A stretch of DNA of 64,000 bases, from positions 10,230,001-10,294,000 of the forward strand of contig OX597824.1 in assembly GCA_951406725.2 (NCBI GenBank), given 5' to 3'. The translations under genes and the position numbers were made by a program. Below the pieces are notes generated by a model. It saw only the letters and a program-made list of their open reading frames with translations. It was not told the DNA's origin and made no database searches. This DNA comes from Octopus vulgaris. Its lineage: Eukaryota. Below, piece after piece: positions 53,231-64,000 of this stretch (its first letter is position 1; each line of letters opens with the position of its first letter).

Positions 53231-54291
53231 AAACTTGTTGAGTCTGTAATCTTATCAAAATCTTCAAATTCTGTAAAAGCCAACAATTTGGGTTTGAAGA
53301 ATTTTCAGTATTTTCGACAGCTGCTGCCTCTTTTGAATGAGCTGTCGCATAGCCATCGTATATTGATCTGCATAAAAAATTATAGGTTGTTAGTAAATAT
53401 TTTTTGCAATCTGCTACAATAATTATACACGCAAAAGAATTACTCTGCTCGGTGTATATAGAAGAAAAATGATGGATGTAGAAAAACAATAAATGTTAGA
53501 CAAAAAAATACAAAAATCAGAACACAAAGGGCAAATGTTTGGATGATATTATTTACGGTACTAATTCAGTGAGATCTGCCATAGAAATACTTGAAGAAAA
53601 AATGTGACTTCCACAACGTGAAATAAATATACAGATAAATAGATATTTGTGTGTTTGTATTTGTCCCACCTCGTTCCACTTGATAACCGGTGTTGGTTTG
53701 TTTATGTCCCCGTAAAAAAAAAAAAAAAGACACCGACAGAATAAGTACCAGACTTATAAAAAAAAAAAAAAAGAAATACAGGGAACGATTTCTTCGACTA
53801 AAACCCTTCAAGGCGGTACCCTTACATAGCTGTAGTCCAATGACTGTAACAAATAAAGAGCAAAAGATAAAAAAATGCACCAGCTTATAGAAAAATTAAA
53901 TTTTTGAAACCCCCTTACAAGGCTTGTGGGGAGCTGCTTTTGAACTTGGACAATGTCCGAAACGTGTCTGGCACCAGCGGCAGTACTGTACTGTACCAGT
54001 GATTGCCCCCTGGACGAACTTAATTAGTGATGTCTTTGTTCTATAAAGTATCTGCGGTAACAGTACACTTCGACTTTGCCCCGAGGTCGACTTTGCCTTT
54101 CATCCTTTCGGGGTCGATAAATTAAGTACCAGTTACGCACTGGGGTCGATGTAATCGACTTAATCCGTTTGTCTGTCCTTGTTTGTCCTCTCTGTGTTTA
54201 GCCCCTTGTGGGCAGTAAAGAAATAGGTAACAGTACACTTCACCACTATAACTACTACCACTGTTTAGTGCTTAAAAACTTAGTCATTCAC

Positions 54292-54518
54292 CAACTGGAC
54301 GGTGCGACCCAGCTGATAGCTTTACTAAATCGATCAATGACTCCTTCTCCAGCTTCCCTAAGATAGGTCTGCTCGATCGGAGCTGACCTGAGTCTACAAG
54401 AGCAACAACAACAGCAGCAACCGTGTTTAGGAATCGCAGGGAATGGTGGTTGATGGGAACAAATTCTACCGAAGACGGCGGCACGTGTCTGTGTAGTTCT
54501 ACTACAAGACCTGAACAT
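54292..54518 (-). CDS. Candidate first coding exon of an unidentified divergent gene
   Basis: Unique, CpG-retaining sequence; ATG at 54518; Arg/Ser/Thr-rich N-terminus with no acidic residues; GTGAAT donor at 54291. No family recognised. Confidence 0.3.
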
Positions 54519-54724
54519 GTCAACCTTGTAACACGGTTTTTGTGAGTGTTCTCTCTAGTGTAGCAGGGAATTACTAGGGTGAATAAATGCCTTGAAAAAT
54601 CGACTGTGAGTGCAGGAAAACAAGTTCATGACAACCGCTTCCGAAATGACCATTTATTTACAATGATCGACGGTAACAAAACGAAAGTGATTGATCTATG
54701 CTGAGACGCCATTGTTGTTTAGGC

Positions 54725-56870
54725 AAGAGGGGGAGAGAAAGAGTGATACGGAAAGAGGAAAGGGAGAGAGAGAGGGAGATAGAAAGAGTGATACGGAAAG
54801 AGGGGGAGAGAGAGGGAGAATGGGAGAGAGAGAGGGAGATAGAAAGAGTGATACGGAAAGAGGGGGAGAGAGAGAAGGAGGAAAGGGAGATAGAAAGAGT
54901 GGGAGATAGAAAGAGTGATACGGAAAGAGGGGGAGAGAGAGAGGGAGGAAAGGGAGAGAGAGAGAGGGGAAGAAAAGGGAGAGAGAAAGGGAGGGAGGGA
55001 GGAAAGGGAGATAGAGATAGATAGATAGCGAGACAGAAAAGAGAGAGTGAGAATGCCCTCTCTTCGCAACGAAGGAGTCGCTGCAATGTTGTTAGATATG
55101 CTAAAAATAGTAGTTAAACTCCTCAAATCACACCCTAATTTTTGTCAAAAGGTGGAAGGATGATGCAATCTGAGATAAACCATGTCTGAAAAGAATAGGT
55201 AGTAATGTCTAGAATGCCTTTTGATCATCGAGCGTGGCTGAGTTGATTTTAAACAATTCTCTCTCTTTCCACACAGCATATTGATATTGTCATACGCACG
55301 AGATATTTCGTAGTTTAAGGACATATTTAAGGACAGTTTGATATTGCAGGCATGCATTTTAATAACAGGCAGAGATCACGAAAATTTCCCCCACCCCTTT
55401 CGAAAAGCATGAAGTAAAGCGAACAAGGCGAAGTCGGACGATTGTAAGAATGAATGGACAGAAGGATTGCAATGAGGAAAGGCGAAGAAGGGAAGAGAGA
55501 GACAGAGAATGGGTAAATAAAAGAGGAAAGTGAGGTGAATGAGAGGAAGAAATAAATGAAAAAGCTAAGACCAGAGTAAATGAAAGACGGAGCGGGAGAC
55601 ACAAGAAACGAAAAAGGGTAGATTAGAATGGAAAGACGGGTGAGCGAGGGAAAGAAATAGACAATTAGGTATAGAGAGAATTGGTGAGACGGCAGGGAAA
55701 TAAATACTAGGAAGGTTAAGAGATAGATAAAACATGGTAAGAAATATAGGAAAGGAAAATATATGAAGATATGAAATGAAAAAAACACTGAGTGAATAAA
55801 AAGAAGCAACACCTCTGCCAAAATTGGAAGTTAAGGAAAGATATTTTCGAAATGAAGTTGAGAAGTATTCTATTATAAGGAGAAAAGGAGCGCGAAAATA
55901 TTACAAAATATGGAATAAAGGGGTTTGAAAAAACAGAAGGAAAAGGGTTGTAGAGCAGCAAGAATAGAACTTCTTTTGGTACAACGTGTGAACGTGTGAG
56001 AGAGACAGACAGAGAGAGAGAGAGAAAGAAACAAAGAAAGAAGGAACGAAGGGAAGGGGGGAAAATTTTGAATATAAATGGAAGAAAGAGTAATGGGGCA
56101 AAAGGAGGAAGAACACCGCAGAGAGAAAGAGAGTGAGGCAGAAAAATTAAAGCAGAGAGAAAGGAACTTACATGGGTGAATGGGAGAAAGGGAATAGTAG
56201 TCAAACAAAAGAGTAATAGTAATGTGGGAGGGAGAAAGTAAAAAGAGATAGAGGATGAGTGAGAGTGAAAGAGAAAGAGAGAGAGAAAGTGAAAGAGAAA
56301 GAGTGAATGAGAGAAGACATGAGAGATAAATGAAAAAATAGTTGTAGTGCAGACAGAGGAAGGGACTGCATAGAGGATGAATGACGGAGAGAGAGAGAAA
56401 GAAACAGAGAGAGGGGGAGAGAAAGAAAGAAACAGAGAGAGGAGTAGAGGGAAGAAGGAGGAAGGGACTGCATAGAGGATGAATGACAGAGAGTGAGAGA
56501 AAGAAACAGAGAGAGGGGGAGAGGGAAGAAGGAGGAAGGGACTGCATAGAGGATGAATGACGGAGAGCGAGAGAAAGAAACAGAGAGAGGGGGAGAGAAA
56601 GAAAGAAAGAAACAGAGAGAGAGGAGTAGAGGGAAGAAGGAGGAAGGAGATTTGCATATCGTAATGAGATATATATATAGCTGTATAGCGAGAGAGATAA
56701 AGAGAGAGAGAGAGGAAGGTAGGTAAAGGGGAGAAGGAGGAAGGAGATTTGCATATCGTAATGAGATATATATATGTCTGTATAGCGAGAGAGATAAAGA
56801 GAGAGAGAGAGGAAGGTAGGTGAAGGGGAGGAGTGCGAAAGAAGTGGGAGGAGGAGGAGAGCGATTGTGT
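54725..56870. repeat. Polypurine (GA-rich) tract with three minisatellite blocks
   Basis: agaaagagtgatacggaaagagg x4 (54736-54930), gaagggactgcatagaggatgaatgac x3 (56358-56562), ~97-bp duplication (56635-56825). Confidence 0.9.
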
Positions 56871-56885
56871 TGATCGTGTCGAGTG

Positions 56886-56990
56886 TATAAAATGTTAGTT
56901 GCGATGATACACGGTTTAGACTGATGCTAGTAGACACCGTATGTTCATTAACCGTTTCTAGTGTTGTTGTTTGCCACAAAAAAGCCAAAG
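56886..56990 (+). promoter_or_regulatory. Candidate core promoter and non-coding first exon of the choline kinase gene
   Basis: TATAAAA at 56886-56892, Inr-like TTAGTT at 56895, donor AAG/GTAGGA at 56990/56991, and a pyrimidine-rich intron ending TTTTAG at 57332. Confidence 0.45.
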
Positions 56991-57399
56991 GTAGGAAATC
57001 TTACTAAAAAACATTAGCCTACCTACCTTTTTTCTTTTACTTATATATAATTGTCATTTGCCCCGACTACAAACCGCTAGCGACTCTCTCCTCTCTCTCT
57101 CTACATGCCTTGGAAACTGATGAGCAAAAGAAGCGGACATTAGGCTCAGTCTCTTTCGCTTCTTGATTTTTCTTTTATTTTTCCATCCTTTTTCCCTCTC
57201 TTTCTATTCCTTCTTTTTCTTTCCATCCTTCCATCCTTCTTTCTTTTTTTTCTTTTGTTACCATTTTTTTTTTCTCCGGGTGTGTTTTTTTTTTTGTTTT
57301 AAAATCATTATATCTCCAATGTACACTTTTAGTTCCCTGTTGGAGTTCCTCCGAACCTTGAAATCATTCGTTTTGCTCTTCTTCGGTCACCAAAAGAGG

Positions 57400-57518
57400 A
57401 TGGGCGACGACAGGTGCCTAGTAAACATTAACAAAAAAGCCTATGACTGGTGCAAAGAATGTCTTGGTGGAACCTGGTCTACTTTGAGTGAAGACGAATT
57501 TCAGATTGTTCCACTCAG
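57400..57518 (+). CDS. Choline/ethanolamine kinase (CHKA/CHKB family), first coding exon; later exons not found in the window
   Basis: MGDDRCLVNINKKAYDWCKECLGGTWSTLSEDEFQIVPL aligns with human CHKA [28 protein letters not shown]; phase-2 donor CAG/GTAATG just before the expected GGLSN motif; acceptor at 57332. Confidence 0.9.
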
Positions 57519-57970
57519 GTAATGTAATTTCTATATAAAATCACTTTTTTTAAAGAAAAAAAAAGCATAATAATAATTATCATTACGTCTGTGTTTTTAA
57601 AAACAACAACTGAAATATGGAAAATAACAGTAATAATAATAATAATAATAATGTTGATGGAGTTGATGTCACCGTGGCCTCTGACCAGTGTCGGATATGT
57701 CAATTGTCTGTGTCGGGTATGAGGGTATGTGAGTTCTTTATCCGTTGTGTCGGGTACCAAACTGTTCAAACACACGTGTATGGGTCACACAACGCATAAA
57801 TACTTATTATATTTCCTGAAAAATAAATGGTATCCTTGGATTATTCTGGACAGACATCCGATTATCTTCTTTAAATCCCCGTCTTAACGAAAGTCCCCCC
57901 TTTGCGTTGATGTTGTCATTCATGTAATGTTTTAATTATTTACCTCCCTAACTGTCATTATCATAAATAA

Positions 57971-58002
<32 letters not shown>

Positions 58003-58056
58003 TCATTAGCATCATGTTTAACCTGTTTATTACTATTACTATTATTATTATTATTA

Positions 58057-58330
58057 TTTCCGCCGAGGTCAACTCTGTCTTTCATCCTTCCGGGGTCGAT
58101 AAATTAAGTACCAGTTAAGTACTGGGGTTGATGTAATCGATTAGTCCCCTCCCTCAAAATTTCAGGCCTTGTGCCCTTAGCAGAAAAGATTACTATTGTT
58201 GTTTTAAATACTGCCCAGGTTGACTTTGCCTTTCATCCTATCGGGATCGATGAAATAAGTACCAGTTGAGTACTGGGGGGTCGATGTAATTGACTAGCTT
58301 TACAAAATTTCAGGCTTTAGTGGGAAGGAT
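58057..58330 (+). mobile_element. SINE family B fragments x2 (intronic)
   Basis: gtcaactctgtctttcatccttccggggtcgataaattaagtaccag. Confidence 0.8.
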
Positions 58331-61300
58331 TATTATTATTATTATTACTGTTGTTCCATATTCATGTTTGTTATTCTACACTTGTTGACACATGTGGTGT
58401 ATGTATTTCGGGTGTTTGTTTAGAAAGAAATCACCATCCTTCCTAATTATCTTTTCAATATTATTAATAATTCGACACAATTTTTACTAAAACATCGTCT
58501 CTAATTATTAGTCACTTCGTTTCGTTGTGGAAGAAGAAACATTTTTAATATAATTTATTAATCAAAATCTGTATTTTTCCCCCCATTGAATGTTATTCTC
58601 AATTTGTTTGTCGGAATCTTTATGAGGGGAATATTTTACCATTTTTAAAAATATTTTTTTCCGATTTAATCAATAATGTCGAATATAATGAATGCAAACT
58701 TTTATCTCTTTTACATGTCTCTGATGTGTCTAAAAACAGATACTAGTAATAACAAGGTTTAAATCTAATCAACAATATCATTACCCCCTTTTACCTTTTT
58801 TTTTTATTCCTTAACAAATGATAAGCACCATAGAATAACGGTTGTTCTGTGATACCTTATAGCCACGTTTGTTTGAGTTTACCATTCGACCTCACAACAA
58901 GGGTTACTTACACAGAGAATTTGTAATTTTAGGATAAAGACGAATTTTCACTGCTAGCAGAAACCTATAGGTATGGTGTAGTGTGAACTAGATGTCTTCA
59001 TTCTTGCTTTTTTTGTGGATTGTGCAATGAAGCAAGATGTGTTGTTCACTGCCATGAGATATACGGGTTTATAAAGCTTCTCTCTGTCGAGTTTTTAGAC
59101 CATATCGTTTATTGTCGTGCTTGAGCTGTGGAACGAAAAAAGAAAACCTCTATTACCATGCCTTGAATCCCTCTCTCCTCTATAAGGTCCTTGATGGGAG
59201 GCATCCACCTCACCAATCTTGTCTATTTTTTTTTTTTTGTGTTACGATACCTCATTGTTTTTGCGCTGTTATTTCTAGCTTCTACGAAACATGACTTGCT
59301 AGAAATAGCAACCAAATCTCCTCATACCACTCTATTCCCTTAAAAAAAATATGATCCTCAATATTCTGTCTAAATTTAAAAATGCGATAATCATAAGTGG
59401 AATGCCTTTGCTCATTTAGTGCTGATCTGGAGGTTTTATTACATCCCGTCTGTATCGATAAAACGGATATGTTATGACTGGGTCGAGTAAATCAGCCGCA
59501 ATTAATTTATTTTTCACATCGCCTTTGTAGCCTATGCATGCTAGAAATAGCTGTCAAATGTCTCTGGAATCACACCTTACCGTCTTATGCATGTTTGATA
59601 ATGTGGTCCTGATTTCACCTTGCTTAAAGGAAAAAACCGGACAGTCGTGTTTAGAATTGTTTTATGAGTTTAGCTCGGTTCAACAACCACCACGTTGATT
59701 GTTTGTTGTTCTTCAAGTCAGTAGTTCCAGATGGCAGTTTAGATTCTGTCTCGTATCGATCAATTTAACGTTTTTTGCATTTATTTACATCCAGTATATT
59801 ACTTAATGTGTCTCTCTTGGCTAAGCTAGATATTTAGGGACGTTCAATTATAATTCGACCGACGATTCCCCCACTTAAATATAAATTAATTTAGCTCCTG
59901 GAATTTGATGGATTTAGCCTAATGCAACTTCCTACTTTTCCCTACAGACATAAGAGAGACTTCATGCCTATAATAACAAATAATTATGACGCAACAAGCT
60001 CTCTCTTTCTCCTGGTCGAGTCCACCATCAGGTTTTGAGTTCCAAGTCATTTCCGAGACCTGCGATCGAAGACTTTTCCGGTCGTCTTGAAGACATAATC
60101 CAAGGCCTCCTTTTATTATTATTATTTTTTATTTTAATCTTTTTACATGGCAGGGTTTCCTTGAAGGAGCTTTGACAGCTAACAGGCCGGGCGAACATAT
60201 AGAAAAGCTATCCCATGTTGAACTTTCTGTTGTTGGTTAAGCCCTAGTTAAACTCTAGTCGTGTTTATCTGTTTGTATTTAAAGTGTGGGGGGTTTGGGA
60301 AGTGTGAACAGTAGTCTAGTGCAGATGTTCTGTAGTTAGGAATGAGAACATTACAAGGCTATCATATTATTAATATCCACTTGATTTACTGACAACAGAC
60401 AGAAATATAATGGTTTGTTTAAAATAGAAATTATAATTATTTTTTTAAATATCCTTTAGACAAGTGAGTAGACAAATTTACAAATTCAAAACAATGACTG
60501 CAACAACCAGTCATCGTCATATGAGCAACACATAACAATAATTTCCATTTGTTTTTGTTTTCTTTCATCTGACAAACGTTTTTGATATCCGAAACATGAA
60601 AGATAAAATAACAAGACTCTAAAATAACAAGACTCTCTGCATTGCTAAGCAGCCAATAAAAGGAAGAGAAGTTATGAGGTTCATTCTGTTCCAAGTTTAT
60701 GCATGACAAAAACACATTGTCTGGGGGTATAAAAACAAAATGAGATTTTCATTGCTGGAATTTAATTTGATCATTTGAGATGGTGATCAAACAAGATGAT
60801 CAGGATGGGATTCTCATTTGATCATGGATCTACTCAGTCAGGGCTGACCTAGGGTTAAACAACAGCCTTTAATTAATAATATACAAGGCATTGGATGCCA
60901 GATCCTGTTTGCTATGCTGTTCTCTACGTGGCATGATTGTCCCCGGTGAGCATGGCTTAGCTGGAATACTGGGTCTATGCTAAATCATTCACGAATATTT
61001 CATCACATATCTTTGTTTCTATTAAATCTGCTTAGCAGGGAGAGGGAATATGCTTTGGATACAATTTTAACCAGTTCCATTGTTGGGAACTTTCTATGCA
61101 GTTGCTTGATCTGCTAGAAATAAATCAAATTCTGCTCAAACTACATTTAATCATCTTTAAATAAATGGAAGGACACATTGGATAATGAAATTCTCGATTC
61201 TATCATAACTGGGTATCATAGAATAGCCACAGTTGGGACATTTTATCATAGGTTTGCTTAATCATAACTAATTATTATTTTGCTTTGACTTCTAGCTTTT

Positions 61301-61561
61301 ATTAAATATTCTTATGAGAATATATAACTAGACAAGAATGGTGCATTAGTAGAATTGTTAAAGTATTTGACAAAATATCTTGTGTTACTTAGTTATGGCC
61401 CTTTAGTCTCTGCATTTAACCCCATCAATCAAGTTTTCATCCTTCCAGTGTTGGTAAAAATAAAGAATTTACTGAGCATTCTGGCATGGCTGCCTCATTT
61501 CACGGTTGATCACACTGTGTGGCATCTTGGACAAATGTTGTCTATAAACTTCAGTTTGTAT

Positions 61562-61730
61562 TTTCTTTTACTTGTTTCAGTCTTTTGACTGCAGCCATGC
61601 TGGAGCACTACCTTTAGTCAAAGAAATCGACCCCAGGACTTATTCTTTGTAAGCCTAGTGCCAATGCTGTTGGTCTCTTTTGCTGAACCGCTATGTTACG
61701 GGGATGTAAACACAGATACACACTCACACA
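61562..61730 (-). mobile_element. SINE A 3' half
   Basis: Reverse-complement match. Confidence 0.8.
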
Positions 61731-61754
61731 CACACATATATATATACATATATA

Positions 61755-62487
61755 TGTGGTGTGCAAGAGAGACGACTGTGCTGGTATGGTCATGTGACGA
61801 GAATGGATGAGGATAGCTGTGTGAAAAAGTGCCACACCCTAGCGTTTGAGGGAAGAGGTAGACCCAGGAAGACCTGGGATGAGGTGGTGAAGCATGACCT
61901 TCCAACATTAGGCCTCACCAAGGCAATGACTAGTGACTGAGACCTTTGGAAATATGCTGTGCTTGAGAAAACTTGGCAAGCCAAGTGAGACCATAACCCG
62001 TGGCCTATGCTAGGGGTATAACCAACCCACTTATGCGTACCTTTCCCTCATTGGACTCTAAACTCTGCTTGCGAAGACCTGTTGAGAGCACCATCCAAGT
62101 GTGATCGTTGCCAGAGCAGCTAACTGGCTTCCATGCCAGTGGCATGTAAAAAGCACCATTCGAGCGTGATCGTTACCAACTGGCATGTGAAAAATATTTA
62201 AGCAAGGTCATTGCCAGTGCTGCTGGACTGGCTCCTGTGCAGGTGGCACGTAAAAAACACCATTTGAGCATGGCTGTTGCCAGTACTGCCTGACTAGCCC
62301 TTGTGCCGGTGGCATGTAAAAGCACCCACTACACTCTCAGAGTGGTTGGCATAAGGAAGGGCATCCAGCTGTAGAAACACTGCCAGATCAGATTGGGGCC
62401 TGGTGCAGCCATCTGGTTCACCAGTTCTCAGTTAAATCGTCCAATCCATGCCTGCATGGAAAGAGGACGTTAAATGATGATGATGAT
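61755..62487 (+). mobile_element. 5'-truncated RTE LINE (RT C-terminus, 3' UTR and (GAT)n tail)
   Basis: ERRLCWYGHVTRMDEDSCVKK...GRGRPRKTWDEVVKHDL..LGL...DLWKYAV. Confidence 0.9.
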
Positions 62488-62504
62488 ATATATATATATA
62501 TATT

Positions 62505-62787
62505 AGATATTACAGTTCTATATTTAAGAGATGAGGAATTATGTACATTACTTACATTTGATGGATATTTGTCCTCATCTTGTTCGTTGTTAACACAACG
62601 TTTCGGCTGATATACCCTCCCACCTTCATCAGGTGTCTTGGGGAAATTTTGAACCTGGGTTCTCATTCCTAAGGAATTTTTCAATGTTGTTGTTAATATT
62701 TATTAGTCAGGTCACAGCCTGGAATCGAACTCAGAATCGTGGGGTTAGTAGCGCATGCTCTTAACCACTACGCGTAGTGGTTAAGAG
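62505..62787 (-). mobile_element. tRNA-headed short element carrying a minimal hammerhead ribozyme
   Basis: Reverse complement: cgtagtggttaagagc (A-box region), gagttcgattcc (B box, 62721-62732), hammerhead at 62592-62637, ending at (TA)n. Confidence 0.7.
62592..62637 (-). ncRNA. Type I minimal hammerhead ribozyme motif
   Basis: gacac CUGAUGA a ggugg...cagcc GAAA cg UU guguu: intact core, 5-bp stem I, one stem II mismatch, palindromic ACGU stem III. Confidence 0.7.
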
Positions 62788-63031
62788 TTAACAGTATTCT
62801 CCAGTATTTTCAACTCTAACATAAATCATAACATCTACAAATATACTTTGGAGAACTGGAATATGCATAAGTGCTTCATGAGAATACAGCTTGGATTATA
62901 ACCCTATCTGTCTATTTATTTATATATAGCCTCCCTTGACCTCAAGTGGCCTGAACTCTTTACATGAACACCACCCTGTACTTAACTCCATGTCCCCCTA
63001 CATGGCCTTGCTATTTGCTTTTGAGCCAAAT

Positions 63032-63067
<36 letters not shown>

Positions 63068-63309
63068 ATATATATATATATATATATATATATTATTCAA
63101 AGGAATTCCAACTCTGTCTGTTTTTTATGTTTTATTTATATTCTTTATAATATTAATGTAGAATATAGAATATATAGTATAAATAATATATATATATATA
63201 GTAAAATGAAATGAAGTATTGATTGTCTTATTGAATATCAAATATTAAGGGACTAGTATAAATATATATATGTCTATTTATATGTATGTATGTATCTATC
63301 TATCTATGT

Positions 63310-64000
63310 GTGTTTGTATTTCTTTGCGACTGTGTTTTTGTCTCCCCACCACCACCACCTGACAATCAGTGTTGGCATGTTTACATCCCTGTAACTTAGC
63401 AGTCCAGCAAAAGAGAACAACAGAATAAATATCAGACTTAACAAATAAATATTTGTATCAATTTGATCACCTAAAAGGGGAGTGTCCCAGCACGGCCAGT
63501 TCAATAATTGAAATATGCAAAAAAAAAGAATTTTTTTAAAAACACACAACTGGCAGGCTCTGTTCAGAATATTAGGTCATTGCTCTCTCTCTTTCATAGT
63601 AAACTAATTTAGCCTACAATATGAACTATTTCTACAACTATTACTGTTTACTATAAATCTATAAATAGCATATACTTGACACTGTTTTCAATCCCACCCC
63701 TAATGATTGTGAAGAGAGGTGGATATAAATATGGAAAGCTAACATAGGGGTGTAGGAGTGGCTGCATGGTAAGACGCTTGCTTCCCAATTACATGGTTCC
63801 TAGGTTCAGTCCCACTGCATGGCACCTTGGGTGAGTGTCCTCTGCTATAGCCTCGGGCCAACTAAAGCCTTGTGAGTGGATTTGGTAGATGGAAACTGGA
63901 AGAAGCCCATCATATAAAAAGCACCATCCGTTCGTGGCCGTTTGCCAGCTCGTCTGGCACCTGTGCGGGTGGCACGTAAAAAGCACCCACTACACTCACG
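63310..64000 (+). mobile_element. SINE A fragments, and a SINE A head joined to an RTE tail running off the window end
   Basis: 63310-63510 body, 63750-63915 head, 63915-64000 RTE-type tail. Confidence 0.75.

Noticed and set aside
55716-56988. 313-aa and 371-aa minus-strand ORFs
   Set aside because: The CT-rich low-complexity strand lacks stops by composition; the peptide is Leu/Ser/Phe-rich and repetitive.
57117-57135. CTGATGA as a hammerhead core (also near 22062 and 40100)
   Set aside because: No paired stem II followed by GAAA and NUH.
62715-62780. tRNA gene
   Set aside because: No acceptor stem, and the 5' end is replaced by a palindrome; treated as a SINE-like head.
57519-64000. Choline kinase exon 2 (GGLSN...)
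   Set aside because: No matching reading frame behind an acceptor was found by eye; probably beyond the window.

Overview
AT-rich, microsatellite-dense, repeat-dominated animal DNA, most likely from an octopus or other coleoid cephalopod (inferred from SINE types and microsatellite load, not from a search). Most ORFs in the track are artefacts of (CA)n, (TA)n, (ATC)n, (TATG)n and GA-rich repeats. One host gene is firmly recognisable: the first coding exon of a choline/ethanolamine kinase (+, 57400-57518), with a probable 5'UTR exon and promoter near 56.9 kb. A divergent minus-strand spliced gene starting near 54.5 kb is possible but weakly supported. The rest is mostly transposon debris: three SINE families, RTE, CR1-type and R4/Dong-type LINE fragments, mariner and maT remnants, several MITEs and Penelope-like elements (PLEs). 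The main unexplained signal is a PLE-linked RNA system: about 8 long hairpins, most set in (TA)n; minimal hammerhead-ribozyme motifs; and a tRNA-headed, hammerhead-carrying short element at 62.5-62.8 kb. Coordinates were read by eye; repeat boundaries are approximate (about +/-10-20 bp) unless a TSD or splice site is quoted.
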